DNA from: Macrostomum lignano
Taxonomy: Eukaryota
Direction of reading: 5' to 3'
Assembly (NCBI GenBank): GCA_002269645.1
Contig: NIVC01003723.1
Location: forward strand, 1-64,000
Length of the DNA: 64,000 nucleotides
The position numbers and the translations under genes are program-made. Positions 49,401 through 61,600 of the stretch are shown here, piece after piece. The notes beneath the pieces were generated by a model. The model was given only the letters and a program-made list of their open reading frames with translations, was not told the origin of the DNA and made no database searches. Each line of letters begins with the position of its first letter. Position 1 is the stretch's first letter.

Positions 49401-49436
49401 ACCCTCTAGGGTGCCGACCACCAGGACTGGGGCGGA
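43446..49436 (-). CDS. PAK1IP1: PAK1-interacting protein 1 / Mak11-like WD40 60S biogenesis factor, about 397 aa, 3 exons
   Basis: Exons 49436-48940, 46110-45691 and 43719-43446 in phase (2, 2). N-terminal VLVVGTLEG; WD40 repeats (LASGSRDEQISLYNL, HEGGVTDLAF, LSIGDDCTLRAWNLIRGRQAY); terminal RPTRCIVW then a basic tail KLRRKSAKKAA*. No in-frame ATG at the expected start (see findings). Confidence 0.85.
44040..45580 (+). repeat. 37-bp AT-rich minisatellite, PAK1IP1 intron 2
   Basis: Unit TTAGTTCCTAAAAACCTAAACTAAAACAGCTACTTTA. Confidence 0.93.
46190..47970 (+). repeat. 39-41 bp minisatellite, PAK1IP1 intron 1
   Basis: Unit CCCCAGGGTTTCTCAATTATGGCTGCTACCCCTCCTCTA; stop-free in all three + frames, giving false 515-618 aa ORFs. 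Confidence 0.95.
48400..48900 (+). repeat. 23-bp minisatellite, PAK1IP1 intron 1
   Basis: Unit TTCTTAGAACAGGTCAAAGGCGA. Confidence 0.9.
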
Positions 49437-49519
49437 CTTGTCACGTGACAGCAATTTTAGGAGCAATAAAATTAGTTTAATGGGAGATAATGCACTGCTG
49501 GATAAGGAGATTGACTTAG

Positions 49520-49680
49520 GAACAATTTTTTGAGAACACTATGCCATTCTGAGACTGTTTTGAGAACAATATTTCATTCTGAGACTGTTTTTGAGAACAA
49601 TATTTCATTCTGAGACTGTTTTTGAGAACACTATTCTATTCTGAGACTGTTTTTGAGAACACTATTCCATTCTGAGACTC
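49520..49680 (+). repeat. 31-bp minisatellite upstream of PAK1IP1
   Basis: Unit TGAGAACAMTATTYCATTCTGAGACTGTTTT. Confidence 0.8.
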
Positions 49681-50389
49681 AAGTGAATAAATAAACAGTA
49701 AAATAATAACAAACGCAGAACACGTTAATGAATGCCAAAACAGCTAGTAACTAAGGGATCATTATGCATATTTTGTATTTGTATAAATATTATTGGTAGA
49801 ATTAATGAAAAAAACTTGATTGCACCTCAATAAGCTACTACAGACTACTAATAATGTCTCAATATCAATAGAATACCAATAGAATAAGTGTAATATATAA
49901 TAAACATAAGGCTATAAATTCTAAGCAAAAAAACTCGAATGATTCCAATCGAATGTTTGGCGTAAAGAATACTAAAAAAGATTGTTTTATGAAAATATAT
50001 AAAATTGTCGATATATTGTTGAAAAAAAACTTGTCTGCAAAAAATCTAGAGGCACTACTTGTAACCTAATGGAGTATATAATGAAGATTGGTAATGCGTA
50101 CTGATCAAAGAGAACTACAATACCTATTGCACTCAATATCATAAAATTTATTGTAAACTGGAGATTCGTTGTTGCATATAAAAAAGGGATTGAAAACGTC
50201 TAGCAATGGCTAAAACTGCCAATAAATCACCATAAAATAGATGCGAGCCTATTCAATAATAGTATTGATATATATATGTGTATATAGTATGCACTGAATT
50301 GCTATGGCTATAAATATTATGTTGGATATACGATGGGCAGCCTTCACCAGACAGATGATTTGACAAATTGAATAGACAAACTGGAATAG

Positions 50390-50532
50390 GAGACAGAGAC
50401 AGACAGACAGAGACAGAGTCAGACAGACAGAGAGACAGACAGACAGTCAGACAGAGAGACAGACAGACAGACAGACAGAGAGACAGACAGACAGACAGAC
50501 AGACAGTCAGACAGACAGACAGACAGACAGTC

Positions 50533-50563
<31 letters not shown>

Positions 50564-50620
50564 GAGACAGACAGACAGACAGACAGACAGTCAGACAGAG
50601 AGACAGACAGACAGACAGAC

Positions 50621-50657
<37 letters not shown>

Positions 50658-50730
50658 GTCAGACAGACAGACAGTCAGACAGTCAGACAGACAGACAGAC
50701 AGTCAGACAGTCAGACAGACAGACAGACAA
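50390..50730 (+). repeat. (GACA)n microsatellite 3' of QDPR
   Basis: Long AGAC run beginning about 90 nt after the QDPR stop on the coding strand. Confidence 0.95.
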
Positions 50731-50815
50731 TCCAGAGCAGCTAACAGATATAGATAGTCAAAGCTCCCCATATGTCCATACTACTGTTAGTAGCAGCTGA
50801 CACGAAGCCCGCAGT

Positions 50816-52452
50816 CTAAGCCGGCAGCACTTCAGTCTTGAAGTCCTTAGTAACCAGGATGAGCAGGCTGCCGGACTGCGGCACGTCGGCGGCCCCGCTG
50901 ACCCAGTTGGCAAGCAGGTCGGCCACAAAGCTCAGCGGAGTCCACTCGCTGAGGCCGGCCTCGCCCATGGCCCGCCTGTTAGCCGGGGTGTCCAGCGTGA
51001 CGGGCAGGATAGCCAGGGCGCGGGCGCCACTGGGTAGGCCCGAGTTTTTCTCGGCAAGTGAGCGAACCTGAGGTAAAAATAGGCGAGGTTTGATACAAAA
51101 TGTGAATAAGAACACATTGAATCAATCGGAAAGATGAGATAAAGGTTGCGGATTGAAGAGAAGGAATCCGATCAAGAGAAGAAAATGAAGGGATTAAATG
51201 AAGGTCATGAAGCGATCCGATGAAAGGAATGAAGGGATCAGATGAATGGAATTAAGGGATCAGGTGAAGGGAATTAAGGGATCAGGTGAAGGGAATTAAG
51301 GGATCAGATGAATGAATGGAATGAAGGGATCAGATGAATGGAATTAAGGGATCAGATGAAGGGAATGAAGGGATCAGATGAATGAATGGAATGAAGGGAT
51401 CAGATGAATGAAATTAAGGGATCAGGTGAAGGGAATGAAGGGATCAGGTGAAGAGAATTAAGGGATCAGGTGAATGAAGGGAATGAAGGGATCAGATGAA
51501 GGGAATGAAGGGATCAGGTGAAGGGAATGAAGGGATCAGATGAAGGGAATGAAGGGATCAGATGAAGGGAATGAAGGGATCAGATGAATGAATGGAATGA
51601 AGGGATCAGGTGAAGGGAATGAAGGGATCAGATGAATGAATGGATCAAATGAAGGGAATGAAGGGATCAGATGAATGAATGGAATGAAGGGATCAGATGA
51701 ATGAATGGAATGAAGGGATCAGATGAAGGAAATAAAGGGATCGAATGGCAGGAAAGGAATAAAGGGATCGAATGGCAGGAAAGGAATAAAGGGATCGAAT
51801 GGCAGGAAAGGAATAAAGGGATCGAATGGCAGGAAAGGAATAAAGGGATCGAATGGCAGGAAAGGAATAAAGGAATCTGATGAAAGGTCATAAGGGATAA
51901 AGGGCACAAGTGGAATGAAGGGACTGGACTGAAATACTAAAAATGCAGTTGGCACACAGACAGACGAGGGCCGCTCACCAGATGATGCACGGCAGCCTTG
52001 GCCATGCCGTAGCCGATCATGCCGGGCGTCGGTCCCAACGCCGGCTGGGCGCCGGTGAGCAGCAGCAGAGAGTCCTTGGAGTCCAGCAGGTGCTTGGCGG
52101 CCAGAGAAGCGGCAATAACGCTAGTCCAGACCGACTGCTTCAGCACCAAGTCGCAGTTGGCGACGAAATTGTCGCTGCCGGCGTCTCCGCCGGCCCAGCC
52201 GCCGGCAACGCAGATCACGGCGTCGAGTTTAGCGCCGTCCAACACTTTGGCAACGTCGGTGACTACGGCGGCGTGTTGATCGGTTAGACTGCCGCTAGAA
52301 GGCGACACGGCTACGCTAGCATCGGCGTCGGGATTGTCAGCGCCGATGTCTACGCTGCACACCCAGCAGCCCAGCTGTTTGAATTTCATTACGCAGGCTG
52401 AGCCAAGGGCGCCGCGACCGCCGTACACGAGGATTCGTTTGGTTGAGGACAT
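50816..52452 (-). CDS. QDPR: Quinoid dihydropteridine reductase (SDR family), 241 aa, 2 exons
   Basis: Exons 52452-51979 and 51067-50816. Motifs YGGRGALG (Rossmann fold), DAVICVAGGWAGG, LKQSVWTS, TPGMIGYGMAKAAVHHL (YxxxK) and PVTLDTPANR are characteristic of DHPR. Confidence 0.96.
51170..51880 (+). repeat. Purine-rich minisatellites in the QDPR intron
   Basis: GAAGGGAATGAAGGGATCAGAT-type units followed by a 27-bp AAAGGGATCGAATGGCAGGAAAGGAAT unit. Confidence 0.88.
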
Positions 52453-52554
52453 GTTGCTTTTGGTTTGCTTGAATTGGGGGGAATCGCTGCTGTTAGTGCC
52501 GCCAATGCACTGCAATTAGGTTGATTGTAGGACTGTCACTGCCACCCATCATCA

Positions 52555-53400
52555 GTGTCACTCGCCTATCAGTCTGACACACTTACTCAGTGTCACTCCT
52601 CACTCACTCTGCCACCCCCACTCAGTGTCACTCCTCACTCACTCTGCCACCCCCACTCAGTGTCACTCCTACTCAGTGTCACTCCCACTCAGTGTCACTC
52701 CTCACTCACTCTGCCACCCCACTCAGTGTCACTCCTCACTCACTCTGTCACCCCCACTCAGTGTCACTCCTCACTCACTCTGCCACCCCCACTCAGTGTC
52801 ACTCCTCACTCACTCTGTCACTCCTACTCAGTGTCACTCCTCACTCACTCTGCCACCCCCACTCAGTGTCACTCCTCACTCACTCTGTCACCCCCACTCA
52901 GTGTCACTCCTCACTCACTCTGCCACCCCACTCAGTGTCACTCCTCACTCACTCTGCCACCCCTACTCAGTGTCACTCCTCACTCAGTCTGCCCCCCCCA
53001 CTCAGTGTCACTCCTCACTCACTCTGCCACCCCACTCAGTGTCACTCCTCACTCACTCTGCCCCCCCACTCAGTGTCACTCCTCACTCACTCTGCCACCC
53101 CTATTCAGTGTCACTCCTCACTCACTCTGCCCCCCCCACTCAGTGTCACTCCTCACTCACTCTGCCACCCCTATTCAGTGTCACTCCTCACTCACTCTGT
53201 CACTCCTACTCAGTGTCACTCCTCACTCACTCTGTCACTCCCACTCAGTGTCACTTCTCACTTACCCTGTCACTCCCACTCAGTGTCACTCCTCACTTGC
53301 CCTGTCACTCCTCACTCACTCTGTCACTCCTCACTTGCCCTGTAACTCCCACTCAGTGTCACTCCTCATTCACTCTGGTCACCCCTCACACACTCACTCT
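52555..53400 (+). repeat. About 35-bp CA/CT-rich minisatellite upstream of QDPR
   Basis: Unit CACTCAGTGTCACTCCTCACTCACTCTGCCACCCC. Confidence 0.9.
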
Positions 53401-54099
53401 GTCCGGTAAAAACTAGAAGAAATGATAAAAGTCAACGCATTCGACACGATTAAAATAGATAATGCAATTAGCCATATATATATATAATAATTAATGTATT
53501 ACCTGCAGATGAGTGGTCACAAATCAGACAATAAAAAATCTATATTACGCGCATTTCAGATTCATATCTACTATAGTGGACAACAGCTAACACGAAGGCG
53601 CATTGTTTAAATGTTAGCGCTAGAAGTTACTATTAAAACGAAAGTTGAAATCAGTAAAAATGATTGGAATTATAATTTTTAAACGAAATAAACGGTACAA
53701 TTGTTCAGCATGGCCATCTAGCAGACACAGCAGCACTAGCGAAATTTATTTTAATAATAATTATGCCTAAGTCGGGAACAAACCAATACAACTTCAAGGC
53801 GGACAACAGACAGAATAAAATATTCCAGAACTATAATGAGATAGTACTAAGGTGTCGGTTCATACTACTGGCACACTGGTGCAAAGTTACGCGCATATAA
53901 TTATAATTTAAACAATCATAATTGCAATTAAAAATTAAATTGAAATTCTACACTAAAATGGACAACCGGACAAATTGGATAGACCTGGCGAAAGGACACC
54001 TTTCTATGCACACGAAATCCTAGTGTAACCTCATCGCAACTGAAAGCACATTATAACAGGAATGGTGCACATTTATTAAAGCGCGCGGGGCCAGTGTAC

Positions 54100-54400
54100 A
54101 TTCGAGTGAGAGATTGGGGTGAGAGAGTCGCGTAGGGCTAGTCGGGAATAATGTACATCGGAGTGAGAGAGTGGGTGGGGGCTAGTCGGGATCAATGTAC
54201 ATTAGGGTGGGAGAGTGGGGCTGGTCGGGATCAATGTACATTGGGGTAAGAGAGTGGGGGCTGGTCGGGATCAATGTACATTGGGGTAAGAGAGTGGGGG
54301 CTGGTCGGGATCAATGTGCATTTGGGTAAGAGTGGGAGCTAGTAATGAGTAATGTACATTGGGGTGAACAATGAAAAATAGTCTGGGGACTAGTCGGTAA
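54100..54400 (+). repeat. About 39-bp degenerate tandem repeat
   Basis: Unit GGGCTGGTCGGGATCAATGTACATTGGGGTAAGAGAGT. Confidence 0.75.
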
Positions 54401-55681
54401 CAAAGTACATTAGCTGTACACTGGGAGAAATTAGAGTAAATTTGGTTTTTCGATGATTATTCATCACACGTGTTCACATAATGATGGATAACAGAAGAAT
54501 CTAAATAGTATTGCACGCTTGAAATATTTTTATAACTTGTGACACACACTCGCATACAATAGGGGCATATTTTCGTACACATAGATAAGTTCCTATACCT
54601 GTTTATAAAATATTGAAGTATGTAACGATAAAAAAGAAATCAAAAGGAAGGTAATTATGGAAGTTAAAAAACATCTATAGGTGAGATGATCGGATCATCT
54701 TTGTTTAAATTGTTTCAAGTTAATTTTGTTTGTTCGATTTAGTTGTAAATCTATAAATATACTAAATTTCATGCTATAAATTATTACCAGTAGACACATA
54801 ATGATTTTTGTAACCAAGGTAATTACTACTTGACTACCAATCACAGAAGCCGTTACATCAGTGAGTGATTCTTCACAACACATAAATGACCGGACAAAAA
54901 CACACCTTCTCTTCCTTGCTTGAGTCCGTCAACTCAGGGAGAATAAAAGCGCCAAAAAATGACTAATTACAAGGATCTTAAAATACAAGCAAAGTTTTTT
55001 AAATCAAATACTTTGACGTTTAATATTGGTCGGTCGGTCAGGTCAGCTTAGACACAAATCTATGGAATGAAGGAGAACAATCTGTAAGAACGATAGTGTA
55101 AGTTCACTCGACTGAAGCTACATGCATGCGCGTGAGTGCACCTGATAGTTAAAAAGCGGCTTTCCCGACTACTCCATCAATCAATTTCAAGCAAAAAGGA
55201 CACCTTTGACATTCAAAATATAACTGACAATATAGAAATTTATAATATTAATAATAATAAAATATTCGACGATCTGTGGACACTCGCGTCCCTTGATGAA
55301 TCAGAGTCGCATCTCTAGCAAAAGTTCAGCGCCAACACAACGATTCTTGGACGACTCTTTCGCGACTCTGTAACCATTCTGCACCTCACATGACGCATTT
55401 GTGATGCAAGTCGCCTCTCCGTCACATTGGATTCTTGTATTCTTGTAAAGGTATCGTTTTTAACGGGTGTGCCCTGGAGGTTAGTCAGACGCGTTTACCA
55501 ACTGAGCTGCTCTGCCAATGCACTCGTGGCATTATCCATTCAATCAACAGTAGCATCCAACGACATAGGCGCTAACAAAAAAAAGCAAAATAAAAAACAT
55601 AAATCAAGCCTACAACAATTAATCAGTAGGTGAATTTCACAAGAAATTAAAAACAAACAAGCATTGGCTGACAAAATGGAA

Positions 55682-58600
55682 TTAAAGCTTGTAGAATGTC
55701 TCCTCAACGTCATTGGCGGAGACTAATTGCTTTGATCGAACCACCAGTTCGGGATTTGCCAGAGCATCAGCCGGTGAGCAGTCGGCTAAGCCGGGATCAG
55801 CCACAGTTGTCAGGGTAGGAGCGCCAGAGCCGTGCTGGCGCCTGGCCTGCTGGCTGTGCAGGTAGCGAGCCGTACGCCTGGCAGGCATGCAGCTGTAGGC
55901 AGCCTGGGTGTCTTCCTCTGATAGGCTGCGGCGTGGGGTGGGGACTCTTGCGTGAGGCTCAAGCTACTCTAACTGAGGATCTGAGAGGCTGGCCCAGCGA
56001 CTGAGGATCTCGGAAGCAACTGAGGATCTGGGAGGGTCACCAAGCAACTGAGGATCTGGAGGGTCGCCAAGCAACTGAGGATCTGGGAGGGTTGCCAAGC
56101 AACTGAGGATCTGGAGGGTTGCCAAGCAACTGAGGATCTGGGAGGGTTGCCAAGCAACTGAGGATCTGGGAGGGTCGCCAAGCAACTGAGGATCTGGAGG
56201 GTTGCCAAGCAACTGAGGATCTGGGAGGGTTGCCAAGCAACTGAGGATCTGGAGGGTTGCCAAGCAACTGAGGATCTGGAGGGTTGCCAAGCAACTGAGG
56301 ATCTGGAGGGTTGCCAAGCAACTGAGGATCTGGAGGGTTGCCAAGCAACTGAGGATCTGGAGGGTTGCCAAGCAACTGAGGATCTGGAGGGTCGCCAAGC
56401 AACTGAGGATCTGGGAGGGTTGCCAAGCAACTGAGGATCTGGAGGGTTGCCAAGCAACTGAGGATCTGGAGGGTTGCCAAGCAACTGAGGATCTGGAGGG
56501 TTGCCAAGCAACTGAGGATCTGGGAGGCTGGCCCAGCAACTGAGGATCTGGAGGGTTGCCAAGCAACTGAGGATCTGGGAGGCTGGCCCAGCAACTGAGG
56601 ATCTGGGAGGCTGGCCAAGCAACTGAGGACCCCATCAAAGCTCTCATTAGTTTAACATTAGATAAAACAAGAAATCAATGTTGAAAGTAAAACCGACCAG
56701 CCCTACCTGCTCTCATTCTCCAATTTTTCAACGTTAGTCTTTAACTGCATAAATTTGAGATCAAATTTTCTCAAAAATTCGTTAGAATCCATCTCGCTAA
56801 AATCTCTGTCGCTAGCAAAAGTTTTCGACCTGGTGACGGATGAAGAAGAAGCCGATTTCATCGAGTGGTTTGGCTTAGCCGAACTGTTAGCAGCCGCAGC
56901 AGGCTGAGCAGGTGCCTCATCATCGGCCACAAACTGCTCAAAGCTGACTTCCGCCTCAACCACAGTCGAGGGCGGAGTCGGGTTCCTAGAGGAAGTGCCC
57001 GAGGCGGAACCGCTGCGACTGCCAGCTGCCGGCCCAGAAAGCTCGGGCACTTTGATGCTGGACTTCAACTGTAGACCATCGTTGCTCCACAAGCCGTTGA
57101 GTCTTTTCAGCTCTTCCACCTGAGTGGAAAATTAAGGTCATTGAGTTAGGCAGGCAACTAACAGCCAGAAAGGAGACAAATTAGGAAGTAAAATTCAGGG
57201 GCTGGCCATAGAGGCACACAGATATGCAAGAAAGTATAGATGTAATTGCGATTAATGTTCTGTACCAAAGGTCGACAAACGTTTTTATAAGGGCCAGATA
57301 AAGAATATACTTCATGGTCGCTGGTCAGATGAGAGTGGAAAGGAGAGAGAATGGATGAGAAATGAGAGAGAGAAGAGAGGGGGAGAGGTGAACCTTTGTG
57401 TAGGCCAGAGTTTCAAGTAGGCCAGATTACTATTGTGAAGTTTTAAAAGACCCAAGGGCCAAATAAAGAGGGGTTTTGTAGGCCTGGCCACATATAGCCT
57501 GCAGGCCAGACTTTGCCAACCCTTGTTCTATACAAATCATTTTGAATGTTAAGCTATTTAACATTGATAATGTATAAACAGAAAGGATATTTCCATTGCT
57601 AAAACTAAATACAAAAGTATAAAAATATAACTATAATTTAAACTTCTTACAATTTGAAACTTAAAGTTTTATGAACCATATCTTATTAATGTTTTATATA
57701 TTATAATAATAATGCCTCAACTTTAACTTTTGTTTGGCATTATAAATTTGGATCCCAGATGCGAATTCTAGCTAGATACTTTTTATTTCAATATACAATA
57801 TCCATATTTTTAATTCATATATTATCCAAAGTAATAAACTTTAAAAAATTGGGATTGCAAGAATTCTATCAGCTATCAAATTTGAAGCACCTATCTATAT
57901 AAGCCTAGAGCCTATATAAGCCTTAGTGCATTAAAAATATTGAATATATGTTCTAAAATTACTCATTTTATTTTATGTTTCCTAGAAAGCATTATTTCAA
58001 ATCTGCACTAAAAAATTATTTGTTTAAATGCTATGAACCACAAAAATATTTTTGTGACCAATCTTAGTTATAAACAGTAAAGAATTTTTGTATAAATAGA
58101 AGCCTAGAACAGGCCAAAAAATAATTATCTACAAGCTAGCAAATTCACTTAGCAAACTAATATAATTGTTCCATATTAAAATTGCTAATTGCAGTATTCA
58201 AGAGACTTATTCATTTCTTTAGAGTATCAAGTCCTATATTGGGAGTTTTGAAAACAATTGAAAGCAAGTATCGCCTAAGAGCAATAATTACTATAGAGTA
58301 GCAAAATTGCCTTACCTTTAAGGCAGGAGAAACTGCCTCAGGGCAGTGAAATTGCTTAGAAGCTGTAACCCTTTGATCCTGGGAATATCCAAGGCTGAGA
58401 GAAAACTACTGTAGGAGCCATACATGCCTAACACCCATCCAAACCAGATGGGTAAAATGGCCACTGGCCAAGGTAAGTTGTAAAATCAAAAATGTGAAAA
58501 ATGAAAAATTTGGAGAAGAAAGGAGAAAAGGAAAAGGAAAAAGGAAGAAGAGAGAAAAGGAAAGAGGAGAGAGAAAAAGAAAGAAGAAAAGAGAAAAAGG

Positions 58601-61600
58601 CAAGAAAAGTCATATAAAAAATAAAAATTAGGTTGTAATTGGGAGAAACTAAGTTGCAAATCTAGACAAAACTAAGTCACACCAGACAGGTGAAATAGGT
58701 CCTAGTCATTTTGTCAACTGGCGTTTTGTCAACTGGCCATTTTGTCAACTTGGTTTTATCACTGGTCGTTTCGTCAACTAGCCAATGAAGCAATTTCAAA
58801 CCTCAGTCACTTTATCAACTGGCCAACAAGAAGTGTTCCAACATTGTTCACTTCGTCAACTGCCAATAAACTATCCCCCGCAGCCACAAAAAGGTAAAAC
58901 TGAACCCTGAAATGACTAAGTCAACAGGCTAATTAATATTCATACCCTTCTGCAACATCTGCCAGCTTTCGATCAATGCGTCTCTGTTATATGCTTGTAC
59001 ATGTACTAACAAAATATAATGCCCTCATGTGTTTGAAACGTGTGCAGCACAACGGGGTTGACATCCCGTGTTACACATTTGTATATATTAAATTTTGAAT
59101 GCAGAAGTAATAAAGAAGTAGTACATGTAGTTGAGGAGTAACTGGACCAAAGATAATGCTGAAAGTAGCCGGGTCCTCTATTCGCAAAACATACATATAG
59201 AAAGCATTCCAAATCAAGCCATTACATACATGAATGTGTTCATGTATGAGGGAAGAGGGAGAAAATGTGTTCATGTATGACTGTGCAGCAGGTCACTTGG
59301 ACAGAACAGGTTGGCGTGGTGATATAAAAGCTGCATTGGTCACTCCTGTAGGCGATCTTAACTTGAAGGTGGCGTGCAGCAGGCCAGCATGCACTGCATC
59401 AACTTGTTGCTCAAGCAACTTCATCAGCATCCAGGTCTTGACAGTGTATAGCAAGATGGTCTCAATCACCGCCTTGCCTGGAACAATGCTGTCCTCTAGC
59501 GGTCAGCTATACATTAAGCTGGCCTCGGAACGCAGGACTCCCCTAGACTACATGTAAATATATTGTAATTCAAGCCAGTAGTGTCGGAACATATTTCAGA
59601 GTAGGTGGGGGCTCTTGATGGGAGGGCACATTGCATATAATTTCTTCTAATCTAAGGGCACCCAAACTTCTGCTGTTATATGAGTTTGTAGCAATATGAC
59701 ATAACAAGGCCAATATTCAATTCTGTGTTGGGGTAGCCAAAAGTCTAGCTGAAAATGCTTAAATTTTCAACTAATTCAAACATTGTGCAACTGTACTGCA
59801 CTCATTTCAAGGACTGCACTTAAGTGACTTCAGTGGTCCTTGACTAATTTATTTAGTATATAGTCATAGATTTCTCAAATGAATGAAAATTGCAAGGGCA
59901 AGACCAGTAATTTTCTGGATCTCTTGGCGCTGTCTCTATTCTTTTAGCTTTTATATCTTTCCTCTCATCTTCCTTTTTTTCTCCATTTTCTTTTCCCTTC
60001 CTTTCTCTCTTGATCCTCTCCTTTCCTCTCTCTTCTATTTTGTCTCTCCTCTCCTCTTGATCTATCCTCTCCTATTTCATCTCTCCTCTCAATTGTATAC
60101 TCTCTTATCCTTATTCCTTCGCCTCTCCTTTCTTCTACAAATATGCCAGCTTGTATTTTTCTTCTCCATTCCCTATCCTCTCTCCCTCCTTTGGCTTGCA
60201 ATCATCAGGGACTCCTGGGTGCATTTTGCTTAGGGGCCTAGCGAAGCAGACCTAGAAGGGCAGTCATTGCGCTAGGTTTTCAATCTGGCCCTTAAGGTAA
60301 AAAGTTTGTTGATCCTACATGTAAAACCACTAGGCTTAGGCATATGGCCAAGTCTTATGCAGCTACATGAGCAGGAATGCACGAATCAAAAGCACACCAC
60401 TGTGGTATTGCACCCAATATCGCCAATCGGTTTGCCCATCTGCCTATGCCTTTGCATCTGTCTACTTGTGTCTGCTTGTGCCTTCTTACAGTGCACTATA
60501 CATTTTAGTGTTAAGCATGACAAGGAGTGAAATACCTTATACGTGTACGGCATGATCGATTGATGAGCGTGTGTGAATTGTACAAATTATATACTCTGAT
60601 TAAAAGCATTATTGGATATCAAGATTCACTGTAGGGGCTTTGGCTGACTATGCACAACGGGGTGGAAGGGTGGGAAGGTGCACGTAGTCTACTAATTTTT
60701 GCGACTCCATATATAGAGGACTTCATAGCAGTCTTCGATGCGTTTTGATAGGAGAAATACCCATGTTTTGTAGTCGCATGTATGGTTGCATAACACAAAT
60801 ACTCAAGATTCATTAATGCTTGGATGTATATGGGTATGAGTGCGCATAGGGTGACGCATTTGCATAGAATATTTGCATCAAAACATTTTACCTAATGGAC
60901 ATGCAGTCTGGTATTGCAAAATTGTAAAATTTGTTTGTTTTTTTAAATAAGGCAATTAATAAAACAAGTCATCGATATAACAATAATTGTAAGCTATACA
61001 AGATATGCAGCTAAATCAGCTACATATATATATCATTCAAATAATCAAAATCTTAGTTACTTTATCAATAAGCAAATGGGAAAGACCTAGGCATTAGTCA
61101 CTTCATCAATATACATGCGCAACTGCTGGCCAACCTGGCCAATCTGGCCACCGTAAATTGTGGTGGACCAGAGGTAAGTCGCAAAAATGCTACCCCAAAA
61201 AATATGGACATAGTACTAATTAGATTCCAAGGCATTTAGGCCTGATAAGACAGTTATAGTTACTCCTGCCATTTACTTGTTAATTTTGCTTTAGGTTTTC
61301 TTCACAGGTAAGTTGCATTTTTGGTCAAAAAGTAAGTCGCATGGCCAGTGTAAATCAGGGGGGTTGCGCATGTATGCTTCATCAACTACCAGTAAAGTTG
61401 CCCCAATACTTTGGTCACTTTGTCAACTGAGTTGACAAAATGCCAGTTGATGAAATGACCATCACCTAGTGAAATTACACATTAACCAATAAAAATATAT
61501 AAACAAAGTACATTTATATGCTACCAATAAAAGTTAAGTAACAGCAATAAGATCATCTCAGAGGGAAGAAGAAGCCCTTAGCCCTGTAACATCTTAACGG

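Noticed and set aside
3507-52452. Pterin-metabolism gene cluster (molybdopterin enzyme plus QDPR)
   Set aside because: Opposite strands, 31 kb apart, separated by unrelated genes; no biochemical coupling is evident from the sequence.
55470-55516. tRNA-like segment on the minus strand (GCAGCTCAGTTGGTAAACGCGTCTGACT)
   Set aside because: Only a D-arm/A-box-like portion; no T-arm or B box follows.
53400-55680. SL RNA or snRNA gene in the LysM-QDPR spacer
   Set aside because: No leader-like sequence ending ATG|GT with an Sm site was recognisable by eye; an Infernal scan would be needed to exclude it fully.
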